A DNA stretch of 63,605 nucleotides, filler included, from Octopus bimaculoides (Eukaryota): NCBI RefSeq assembly GCF_001194135.2. It is 8 parts of 7 records of this genome, joined end to end, with 100 filler letters (N's around TTAATTAATTAA, not from the genome) between each part and the next. Parts side by side here need not be neighbours in the genome. Positions count along the whole stretch, not along the records: positions 27,750 to 39,110 come from NC_068987.1; positions 39,211 to 47,905 come from NC_068988.1; positions 48,006 to 52,917 come from NC_068986.1; 5 more parts are not named here. The stretch is one strand, 5' to 3'. The notes beneath the pieces are model-generated. The model was not told the origin of the DNA. It did no database searches and saw only the letters and a program-made list of their open reading frames with translations. Position numbers and translations under genes: made by a program. This document shows positions 37,501 through 48,286 of this stretch, one piece after another (positions within the stretch are counted from its first letter, which is position 1; every line of letters starts with the position of its first letter).

Positions 37501-38951
37501 GCAAAACAGAGGCTTGAGAATGACGTGTACACTGTCCATTATTTCCTAGTTTCTAGCCATTAAAAAATTCAGTTGTTGTTGTTTTTGTCACGTTTACTTT
37601 CAACAATGATTGATTTATAGCTTGCGTGTCGGCTGTAGACTTTCGGAAACTACTAAAAATTGTGTTGGAGATATTTTTTATTAATGATCATTAAAGTAAA
37701 ACAACAATAATATCGACAGCAGACAGTTTGTTATATATTAAATATAGTGAATTGGCAATATCGTTAGAATGACAGATAAAATGCTCTACAGCCTCTGGTT
37801 CCGGCTTTTTACCATCATAGTTCAAATCCTACTCAGTCTAACACTGCCTTTTATCTTTCTGGGATCGATAAAATAAAGTACCTGCCAATCACTGAGTCAG
37901 TTAAATAGATTATTCGTTGTGTCTCACGGATTTCTTTAAGCATAACACTACAAATATCAATTTTGAGCTAATCTTTGTGTTACTTCAGCATTAAGGGTGA
38001 ATGAAGGTGTTAGCCCCACTGACTATGATATTCCTGTGAGGAGCAAAATTCCTGAGATTATTAGCTTTGAAAGACATAATAATTAAAAAAATTCTACACA
38101 AATTTTGTAATTAGCAGGACTGAATCAGAGTGGCTCTTCCAGGGTATCTCCCTCGCCATACTCCAGGACAATAATCCTTTTCTATTTTACCTGCTGAAGC
38201 CATGAGAAAGGTTTCTATATTGTGTGAGGCAAGATTTTTTCAAAATTATTTCAAAAGAAAACAAAATTATTTAAAGAAAAAAAGAAAAACGTCAGCCTCT
38301 TCTACAGCGACAACTTTGGCAAGTTTATAGTCGGTGTCAGACGCAATACTCGACAGAAGAAGAAGCCATACCTTTACTAGCAGGTAATGTCAGGTACTGA
38401 GAAAGCAACGAGTTATATAAAACAACGAAATCGGTGAAGTGTAAACTGAATTGCTATGGAAACACGTATACACACATAGGTAGTTAGAAAGAGTATTTCA
38501 TTCAAGTATCGGCAGTAAAAATATTTGCTAATGTCATATAAATTCAAGTATGCAAAAAGAAAATGCCTTTTAATGTTTTCATTAATGTAGCATTAAATAT
38601 TTTTTAAAGATTACATTATTTAATAAAAGGATATAGACACCATATGAAGCGCTTTAATGTAATATACTTTCGAGAAAGTTGTAAATGAATATAAATATTA
38701 TAGCATCTTCAAACTTAATGTCTGCGTGACGAGATCATGGCTCGAGTTATTGGTATACTGAAGTATAAAAAATATGAACACCTGGATTATACTATCCATA
38801 TATATATATATAGTTAAATAGACGTATCCATTTAAAGGCCATATTTAGCAATGGACAGAATAAGCTCAGTGTGCAATGAACGTCTCGTTGAGTTTGTTAC
38901 ATTTCAAATGTCCAGGGAAATCATCGTTCTCATCTCTAGCTTTACATGATA

Positions 38952-38996
38952 CACACAGACCCGTGTTTCTGGGTAGTAACTCGTCATCAGTGCGTG
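38952..38996 (-). ncRNA. Type I hammerhead motif with GUC triplet
   Basis: CACGCA CUGAUGA C-GAG-UUACUA-CCC-A GAAA C-ACGG-G UC|UGUGUG. 6-bp stem I with one G.U, weak stem II with C.A base. Confidence 0.75.
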
Positions 38997-39041
38997 ATAA
39001 TCACCAGCTAGCAAAGAGAACTCATTCCAAACGCAAAATAC

Positions 39042-39077
<36 letters not shown>

Positions 39078-39309
39078 TATACATTTATATATATATATAT
39101 ATATACATATNNNNNNNNNNNNNNNNNNNNNNNNNNNNNNNNNNNNNNNNNNNNTTAATTAATTAANNNNNNNNNNNNNNNNNNNNNNNNNNNNNNNNNN
39201 NNNNNNNNNNATATATATATATATATGTATATGTATGTATGTATGTATATGTGTGTATGTATGTATATGTGTGTATGTATGTATATGTGTGTTTGTGTGT
39301 GTGTGTGTA

Positions 39310-39520
39310 TGTTTGTGTGTCTGTGTTTGTCCACCACCATCGCTTGACAACCGATGCTGGTGTTTTTAAGTACCCGTAACTTAGCGGTTCGGCAAAGAGA
39401 CCGATAAAATAAGTACTAGGCTTACAAAGAATAAATTCTGGGGTCGACTCGTTCGCCTAAAGGCGGTGCTCCAGCATAGCCGTAATCAAATGCCTGAAAC
39501 AAGTAAAAGAATGAAAGAAT
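39310..39520 (+). mobile_element. SINE family A 3' half
   Basis: Matches the tail consensus. Confidence 0.85.
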
Positions 39521-39911
39521 ATATATATAGTTTTTAACGGTGGAGCTCGAAGTACATACAGCTGTAAATAATAGCATGCAAATATTGAATTAAAATATAA
39601 CCTTGGGTGGGAAAACATCGGAGGATCTCCTTGGGACGCGAACCGACATCTTCAACAGCTTTATCTGCTTCGAGCTACCCCGATAAAAACGATTCCTATT
39701 ATGTCTTTCAAAATTTTTGAATCCTTGTAAATTGAACACAGTATATATAAGTATATGTATGTACGTATGTATGTATGTATTATGTATGTACGTATGTATT
39801 ATGTATGTATGTATGTATGTACGTATGTATGTATGTTTGATTATATACATAAGTGTATGTAACAGCACACGTGTTGTTGGTGATTTTCTTTCCTTCTTTG
39901 AAGTTTTCTCC

Positions 39912-39946
39912 TTTTCTGACGAAGAGCTATGCTCGAAACATCAAAA
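39912..39946 (+). ncRNA. Hammerhead motif (extra-A variant), stem III mismatch
   Basis: UUUU CUGACGA A GAGC-UAU-GCUC GAAAC AUC|AAAA. A in place of G16.2, consistent with CpG decay of GAAACGUC. Confidence 0.65.
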
Positions 39947-40130
39947 ACTCTCTCTTCTTATTGAGCGTCAAACTAACACACTCCTTGCACACGTCCTGTT
40001 GTTGTTTGTTATTGTTAATTTTAAATGTTCCTTTATTTGGTTTGACAATATATATTTAATTATTTCTAAATCTTTCAAAGAGAGGTATTCAGTAACAGTT
40101 ATTTCAAGTAATGGCTATTTGCAAACATAA

Positions 40131-40345
40131 TGTGGGTATCCTGGAAGGGACGATTGTTATTCTGTGTTGATAAAGAGCAATAACCCGGAAACCGGTCCAC
40201 AGATGTTGTCTTGTGCTGGATGGGGGTACTGGACTCCCCTATTCGAAAATATGAGTACACAGATACTGTGTTGTACAGCGAGCTGGAAACAATGTTTCCT
40301 GGGGGCTAAACAACAGTGACAATCATCCCTTCCAGGACAGCCACA
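40131..40345. repeat. 215-bp foldback element with about 33-bp inverted ends
   Basis: TGTGGGTATCCTGGAAGGGACGATTGTTATT / AGTGACAATCATCCCTTCCAGGACAGCCACA. Confidence 0.75.
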
Positions 40346-40548
40346 ATATATATATATATATATATATATATANNNNNNNNNNNNNNNNNNNNNNNNNNNN
40401 NNNNNNNNNNNNNNNNNNNNNNNNNNNNNNNNNNNNNNNNNNNNNNNNNNNNNTATATAGTGAGAATTTACAAAAAAGCAAAAGACGAAGACGGGTGTGT
40501 AAACAACAAACAGATGTATTAGTTTAACGCTCGGTAAGATGACAAAGT

Positions 40549-40584
40549 CTTTTATGTTTCGAGCCTACGCTCTTCATCAGACAG
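40549..40584 (-). ncRNA. Hammerhead motif (extra-A variant), slightly decayed, within PLE-type terminal repeat 40453-40630
   Basis: CUGU CUGAUGA A GAGC-GUAG-GCUC GAAAC AUA|AAAG. The family consensus inferred from 20911 is CUUU...GAAACGUA|AAAG. Confidence 0.65.
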
Positions 40585-41269
40585 GAACACAAGAAAATAA
40601 ACAGAATAAAAAAGAAAGCTTTAGTACCTAGCGGTCAATGCATGTATGTATGTATGAATGTATGTATGTATGTATGTATGTATCTATGTATGTATGTATC
40701 TATGTATGTATGTATGTATGTATGTATGTATGTATGTATGTGTGTGTGTGTATGTGTACGTGTGTGTGAAATTAACGCGCAAGTGGCTGAGCACTCCACA
40801 GACACGTCTACTCTCAGTGTGACAAGGCTGACCCTTTGAAATTACAGGTACAAACTTATTTTTGCCAGCTGAGTGGACTGCTGCAATGTGAAATAAAGTG
40901 TCTTTCCTATACGTATGTATGTATGTATGTATGTATGTATGTATGTATGTACGTAAACGTATGCATGCATACACACGTACAAGCGCATACAATGTGTTAA
41001 AATACGTTAAAAGACGTATATTAGATACAAACGTATTGGTCCTCAGAAGAGATCGAATATCTATAATCAAACGTCACGTCATAGGAGAGGTTGGTAAGCC
41101 AGATTAACGTGAGCTGGTTACAGAAAATGCATCTGCCGAGCTAATGAATTTCGTTCCCTTCTGTGATTTTCGCGAATGAATTCCAAAGATATTTCCCTAT
41201 CTACGAAGAACTACTTTGGACTGTCTTATTGCTTTCAGCATAATTATATATATATAGACATAGCCTGAG

Positions 41270-41782
41270 GCTTGGATATGTGGTTCAAGAAACTCGCTTT
41301 GCAATCACATGGCTCCGAGTTCAGTCCCACTACGCAGTACCTTGGGTGAGAGTCTTCTACGGGTGAGAGTCTTCCACTGGTCGACCAGTGACTTGTGGGT
41401 AAATTTGGTAGACAGAAATCGTATAGACGCCCGACATAGATATTTTTTACCTTTTACTTGTTTCAGGCATTTGACTGCGGTCATGCTGGGACACTGCCTT
41501 CAAGAATTTTTAGTCGAATACTTTCTTTTTTTGTTAATTCTGGTACTTATTTTATCGATCAGTTTTACCGAACTGCTAGGCTACGCGAATATTAACACAT
41601 CAACATCGGTTGTCAAGACAGAGACAGGCTTCTTTCAGTATCAGTCAACCAAATCCACCCACATGGCTTTGGTCATCCCAAGACTATAGTAGAAGACACT
41701 TGCCCAAAGTATCATGCAGTAGGACTAAACCCGGAACCATGTGGTTGGGAAGCAAGCTTCTTACCACACAGCCACGCCTATG
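41270..41782. mobile_element. Two SINE family A copies in opposite orientation (41270-41430 +, 41450-41782 -), plus a tail fragment at 41985-42170 (+)
   Basis: Head motifs read on + then on -. The tail TTTTACTTGTTTCAG begins near 41452. Confidence 0.8.
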
Positions 41783-41901
41783 CGTGTATATGAGTGTGTG
41801 TGTTGATAGAGAAAAAGAGGGGAGATACAGATAGATAGACAGAGAGAGAGAGAGAGAGAGAAATAGATAAAGAGAGGGGAGAGACAGGTAGACAGACAGA
41901 C

Positions 41902-41947
<46 letters not shown>

Positions 41948-42306
41948 GGATAGATAGATAGATAGATAGATAGATGTGTGTGTGTGTGTTCCCCTACAAC
42001 CAACTGATAACCAGTGTCGGTTTCTATGCGGTCCCTTAACTAAAAGACTGGCATAAGTACCAGAATTTAAAACAAACAAGCACTGGGGACGATTTATTTT
42101 AGCAAACCCTTCAATGCGAGGCCCCAACACGCCCAAGGCCCGATGACTTAAACAAGTAAAAGAAGAAATAGAAGATATTTATATAAATTATTTATAAACG
42201 CTTTTATGTCATTAGCAATCACCTGAGCATCTTCAGTTACATATATGTTTGTGTATACACCTATACATATACGCACATACACACATATACATATATATAC
42301 ACATAC

Positions 42307-42340
<34 letters not shown>

Positions 42341-42630
42341 AACGATTTCACTCAGCTCCAAATGATTTGAAGTTTTGTCGGTGCTTGAGATACGTCGTAG
42401 AAGCAGAGTGTCTGCTCGTAGCATCTGATGAGATAGAGGTGTCCTACACGCCCACAAAACTTCAAGTCATGTAGAGGTGTGTCAAACTGTTATCAAAAAT
42501 ATAATTCCTTCCGAATGTGTTGAGTGCTACTTTCTTTAGTTTGTTCTCTCACTCGTGTGTATGTGCATTTAAATTCAAATGCCTTTGTCGTTTTCTATCT
42601 TTAATGAAGTATTTTTCAATCTCTTTTCAG

Positions 42631-43802
42631 ATACCAACGCAGTTACACCATCTTCAAGGCATAAACCAACACGTTTATCCCTGATGAATATTTTCATCAT
42701 TACAGTTGTTGTATCTCTTGGAGTAATGGTGCTCGCAGTGATCTTCATCCTCTGTTACCAAGTGTTCTTTGGTAGTCAAGGTACGAAGTACAAATCAACA
42801 CCTCAAGATGATCTGGATATTGATTTGGACAGATTACCGCAAAATATGTCTTACCATCGCATGAAAGGTAGCAGAAAAAATGCGAAAATCGAAGCCATGG
42901 AGTACCCACGGAATGACATTCTTTACATAAGGGATATAGGCCAAGGTGCATTCGGCCGTGTATTTAAAGCCAAAGCTGCCAATATAGTGAAGGGCGAAGA
43001 ATTAACTTTGGTTGCAGTGAAAATGCTCAAGGATGATGCCTCTGATGATCTGATGCAAGACTTTGAGCGTGAGGCTACACTTATGGCAGAGTTTGATCAT
43101 CAAAACATTGTGAAACTTCTCGGCGTATGTGCCATTGGAAAACCTATGTGCCTTTTGTTTGAGTACATGACAAAAGGGGACTTAAACGAATTTCTTCGGC
43201 TTAGCAGCCCAGAACAGTTTATTGTCTATCGAAGGCCTGTTGATAAGACAGATACAGATAGACCAAAAATCGATCACTGCGATTTGTTGTTTCTTGCAAA
43301 GCAGATAGCAAACGGAATGGTTTATGTTTCAAGTAAAGGTTATGTCCACAGAGATCTAGCAACGAGAAACTGTCTTGTAGGAGATAATTTGACTGTAAAA
43401 ATATCGGATTTCGGTCTTGCTAGAAATGTCCACAGTGTAGACTATTATAAAGGCAGTGAACATGATGCCATTCCAATTCGGTGGATGCCGTTAGAGACAA
43501 TTCTAAACAATAAATTCACGATTGAATCTGATGTTTGGTCATTTGGTGTGGTGATGTGGGAAATATTCTCTTTTGCTTTACAGCCTTACTATGGCATGGC
43601 ACACGAAGAAGTAGTGAAATACGTCAAAGACGGTAAAGTATTGGCATGTCCGGACAACTGCCCCTTGGAGATTTATGATCTCATGCGCCTCTGCTGGAGT
43701 CGAAAACACGTTAATCGACCATCCTTCGAAAGCCTATACAAATCTCTAAACGCACTGCATAGTCGCTATTTACTGGAAAAACGGCTTAAAGAAGTTGTAT
43801 AA
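42631..43802 (+). CDS. MUSK: Terminal exon of a MuSK/Nrk-type receptor tyrosine kinase (TM helix + juxtamembrane + complete kinase domain + stop)
   Basis: Open frame with TM segment [27 protein letters not shown] (about 42690-42770), G-loop [16 protein letters not shown], alpha[81 protein letters not shown] and [11 protein letters not shown] match the MuSK/Nrk subfamily rather than ROR or Trk. Polypyrimidine tract + CAG acceptor ends at 42630 (phase 1). Stop TAA at 43800-43802. Confidence 0.92.
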
Positions 43803-43852
43803 TCGAAACATACCCCTCGCAGTAGGGAGGGGTACGGCTAAAGATGAGGTGA

Positions 43853-44055
43853 AATAAAAATGAGAAAGAAGGGGAGGATGACGTGCAAGAATTTGGTGCA
43901 AGAAAAACGTAAAAGCATTTGAGAAGACACAAGAAAGATTCAGAAGCAATCTGTCGAATTTCTGGGACCGTTTCATCCAGTTTTGGATTTATTCTTAAGA
44001 AATTGTCTCTGCGGACATCACGTATTGTCATTCTTGATGATCATTGTTAAATAAA
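43853..44055 (+). terminator. Candidate polyadenylation signals (AATAAA at 43853-43858 and 44050-44055) for the kinase gene
   Basis: Two canonical hexamers 50 and 250 nt after the stop. In such AT-rich DNA these also arise by chance. Confidence 0.35.
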
Positions 44056-45623
44056 ACTCTAGAATTTTCCTTCTCATTTCATCACCATAAAAGTTTTATA
44101 CGAACTTGCATCTTGCACAAGAATAGTTTCAATATGCATTAACAAGATGTAGAGAGCTATTCTTTCTGACAGTATAGGATACGGTCGAGAGTGACACTAT
44201 TAAACAATGGACACAGAACACAGTCATACTAGAGTTATATATTTACATACACAGCAATGGCACCCTTGTGTATGCGAAAATACTGTAAGAAGTTTTGAAG
44301 TTTCATTTTTATATTTTGCAGTTTTTTTTTCTCTTTTTTTTTTCACGTCAGAACTTCTTTCAGCGTTGCAAATTGTACGACGCCATTGTAAAATGTCACT
44401 GAATCGGTATAGAACGGTGCAAAACATGACATTTGCATACCTGTATAACGCTGATGATGTATAGCCACGATTGTAATATATCTACCTTATATGACCCACT
44501 ATTGCAACATATACTCATGTATATATAACTATACATATATATACATATACATGTGTACATACACATACATATATACTTATATAATCATATTATGTGTATG
44601 TATATGTGTGTGTGTATACATACACACATACATACATATATATATATATATANNNNNNNNNNNNNNNNNNNNNNNNNNNNNNNNNNNNNNNNNNNNNNNN
44701 NNNNNNNNNNNNNNNNNNNNNNNNNNNNNNNNNNNNNNNNNNNNNNNNNNNNNNNNNNNNNNNNNNNNNNNNNNNNNNNNNNNNNNNNNNNNNNNNNNNN
44801 NNNNNNNNNNNNNNNNNNNNNNNNNNNNNNNNNNNNNNNNNNNNNNNNNNNNNNNNNNNNNNNNNNNNNNNNNNNNNNNNNNNNNNNNNNNNNNNNNNNN
44901 NNNNNNNNNNNNNNNNNNNNNNNNNNNNNNNNNNNNNNNNNNNNNNNNNNNNNNNNNNNNNNNNNNNNNNNNNNNNNNNNNNNNNNNNNNNNNNNNNNNN
45001 NNNNNNNNNNNNNNNNNNNNNNNNNNNNNNNNNNNNNNNNNNNNNNNNNNNNNNNNNNNNNNNNNNNNNNNNNNNNNNNNNNNNNNNNNNNNNNNNNNNN
45101 NNNNNNNNNNNNNNNNNNNNNNNNNNNNNNNNNNNNNNNNNNNNNNNNNNNNNNNNNNNNNNNNNNNNNNNNNNNNNNNNNNNNNNNNNNNNNNNNNNNN
45201 NNNNNNNNNNNNNNNNNNNNNNNNNNNNNNNNNNNNNNNNNNNNNNNNNNNNNNNNNNNNNNNNNNNNNNNNNNNNNNNNNNNNNNNNNNNNNNNNNNNN
45301 NNNNNNNNNNNNNNNNNNNNNNNNNNNNNNNNNNNNNNNNNNNNNNNNNNNNNNNNNNNNNNNNNNNNNNNNNNNNNNNNNNNNNNNNNNNNNNNNNNNN
45401 NNNNNNNNNNNNNNNNNNNNNNNNNNNNNNNNNNNNNNNNNNNNNNNNNNNNNNNNNNNNNNNNNNNNNNNNNNNNNNNNNNNNNNNNNNNNNNNNNNNN
45501 NNNNNNNNNNNNNNNNNNNNNNNNNNNNNNNNNNNNNNNNNNNNNNNNNNNNNNNNNNNNNNNNNNNNNNNNNNNNNNNNNNNNNNNNNNNNNNNNNNNN
45601 NNNNNNNNNNNNNNNNNNNNNNN

Positions 45624-45660
<37 letters not shown>

Positions 45661-46169
45661 GTTTATGTACATATGTACATACATGCATATATACTAATTA
45701 ATATATGTTAATTAATGTTGTCAAGCCATTAATCAGCACCTTTTGTTGACTGTTTTCCTTCTTTATTATTATTATTATTTTTTTTTTATCCTCTGTCTCT
45801 TGTGTCCAAATGGAAGACTTCAAGCCGTCTGGCTGTAAACACACGCAAAGACGAAGTTGATGCGGCGGTTACACTTCATGTTGTTGCTGTTGTTGTTACT
45901 GTTGATGATGCTATTGCTAATATTATTGTTATTATTATTATTTTTGTTGTTGTTGTTGTTACAGTTACTGTTATTACTTCGGAAAGAGATAAAGACTGCT
46001 ATTATTCTCCCCACCCCCTTTTTTTTGGCGTCGCTGCCCATCGCTCCGACATTTTTGGCATTTCCCCGCCTCTCTAATGACATAGCATAATTTCTTGCCT
46101 ATTTTAGAAATATAAACACTAACCAACACTAACCATTCTTATTTCAAATTATCATTATCATTATTAACG

Positions 46170-46550
46170 TTTCGAGCTAGCAGAATCGTTAGCACGCCAG
46201 TCAAAATGCTGAGCAGCATTTCGTCCGTTATGAGTTCAAGCCCACCGAAATCGACTTTTCTTTTTATCTTTTCGGATCAATAAAATAAGTACCAGTTGAT
46301 CACTGGAGTCGATGTAATCGACTTACCCACCACCACGAAATTGCTGGCCTTGTGCCAAAATTTTAAATCAATATTCTTATCATTAAGCTTGCAGAATCGT
46401 TAGCACAGCAGTCAAAATGCTTAGCAGCGTTATGAGTTCAAATTTCGCTGAGGTGTGCTTTGCTTTCACCCGGTTGAGATCGATAAAATAAGTACCATTT
46501 GAGCACTAGGGTCGCTATAATCGACTAGCCATTTCCCATAAGATTTCAGG
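46170..46550 (+). mobile_element. Two tandem SINE family B copies
   Basis: GCAGAATCGTTAGCAC head at about 46180 and about 46390, each with the GTCGA/GATAAAATAAGTACC core. Confidence 0.85.
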
Positions 46551-47099
46551 TACGCACTCATAAAGAGGTGTATAAACATGTTTTTTATGCACATATATGC
46601 GTATATCTATACACGCGCACGCGTACACACGTATATATATATATATATATATATATATNNNNNNNNNNNNNNNNNNNNNNNNNNNNNNNNNNNNNNNNNN
46701 NNNNNNNNNNNNNNNNNNNNNNNNNNNNNNNNNNNNNNNNNNNNNNNNNNNNNNNNNNNNNNNNNNNNNNNNNNNNNNNNNNNNNNNNNNNNNNNNNNNN
46801 NNNNNNNNNNNNNNNNNNNNNNNNNNNNNNNNNNNNNNNNNNNNNNNNNNNNNNNNNNNNNNNNNNNNNNNNNNNNNNNNNNNNNNNNNNNNNNNNNNNN
46901 NNNNNNNNNNNNNNNNNNNNNNNNNNNNNNNNNNNNNNNNNNNNNNNNNNNNNNNNNNNNNNNNNNNNNNNNNNNNNNNNNNNNNNNNNNNNNNNNNNNN
47001 NNNNNNNNNNNNNNNNNNNNNNNNNNGAAGGATAAGAGATGTTACAGTATCACTGGAAGTTTATCATTATTATTATTATTATTATTATTAATATTATTA

Positions 47100-47145
<46 letters not shown>

Positions 47146-47190
47146 GTCACCTATTATTTCCAGCTTTCAATGCACCACAGAAAACAACAT

Positions 47191-47226
<36 letters not shown>

Positions 47227-47640
47227 TGTGTGTGTGTGTGTGTGCGAGCGTGTATGCGTGCATGCGCGCCTTGAATAGTTGCAGTGCGTCTTTTTTTTAA
47301 GTTTATCTTTTCTATTTTTTCGAAACTATTGTATGTATGCAGCGCATTAACTGCAGTAGTCTGCAATATGTGCATATCTGTGAGTACTGAGTGGGTTTTG
47401 GTTATGCATTTTCCAGCACTTTTTTTTATGAATCATTCCCATGGTAATTATTATATCATTAGTTATTTTGGTTATCTTTATTTCAAGATCTTTATAATTG
47501 GCTAATTTCTCAAATGGTTTTTAATCGATATATTATCGTCTATCGGGACTGATTCAACGATTAGCAGGAACTTTATTTACTGTATGTTCTTAACAGCAAT
47601 ATCGATCTCATTATCCTGATCTGCTTGCATAAGTAGATCG

Positions 47641-47834
47641 ATGAGCTGGCAGAATGGTTAACACGCCGGACAAAATTCTTAGTGGCATTTCGTCCGTCTT
47701 CACGTTTTCAGTTCAAATTCCATCCTGTCAAGTTCGAAAAGAATACGTACCACCTGAATGCTGGGGTCGATATAATCGACTTACACTTACCTTCTTTCCT
47801 GCAATTGTTGGCCTTGTGACAAAATTTGAAACCA

Positions 47835-47835
<1 letters not shown>
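47641..47835 (+). mobile_element. SINE family B with (ATT)n tail
   Basis: GAGCTGGCAGAATGGTTAACACGCCGGAC head, ...GGCCTTGTGACAAAATTTGAAACC end. Confidence 0.8.
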
Positions 47836-47892
<57 letters not shown>

Positions 47893-48164
47893 CATTATTA
47901 TTATTNNNNNNNNNNNNNNNNNNNNNNNNNNNNNNNNNNNNNNNNNNNNTTAATTAATTAANNNNNNNNNNNNNNNNNNNNNNNNNNNNNNNNNNNNNNN
48001 NNNNNGAGTAAAGGTAAGGGAGTAAAAAAGTCTGTAGTATTCGCGTTCCCTTACCCTTACTCCCTCCCCTTACTTAGCAGTCTATAGCTCTTTTGTCTTA
48101 ATAACGGTCAACCACACAGTAATTTCCCTTTGTTTAACGGTCATTTTCATAGGAATTTTCAATG

Positions 48165-48234
48165 GCCAGATAACTGAAGAGATGGTGGCGTGGGTTTCCG
48201 CCCCAGCATCCGAAACTTGGAGTTTTACCATGGC
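48165..48234 (+). ncRNA. Type I hammerhead motif with long stem II, near intact
   Basis: GCCAGAUAA CUGAAGA GAUG-(GUGGCG..CGCCCCAG)-CAUC C GAAA CU-UGG-AG UU|UUACCAUGGC. Stem I imperfect, GUU triplet, one unpaired C before GAAA. Confidence 0.65.
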
Positions 48235-48251
48235 TACCGAATAAGTGTCAC

Positions 48252-48284
<33 letters not shown>

Positions 48285-48286
<2 letters not shown>

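Noticed and set aside
42579-42630. In-frame ATG giving a 407-aa ectodomain-less kinase
   Set aside because: The first 17 codons are a T-rich polypyrimidine tract ending in CAG. An intron 3' end with a chance open frame is the simpler reading.
44491-45711. Long ORFs (up to 406 aa) in the ORF track here and at 1462-2728, 23107-23768, 28724-29705, 46568-47300, 60175-61064
   Set aside because: They run through N gaps and dinucleotide repeats. Only the RT part at 1455-1791 is real coding-derived sequence.
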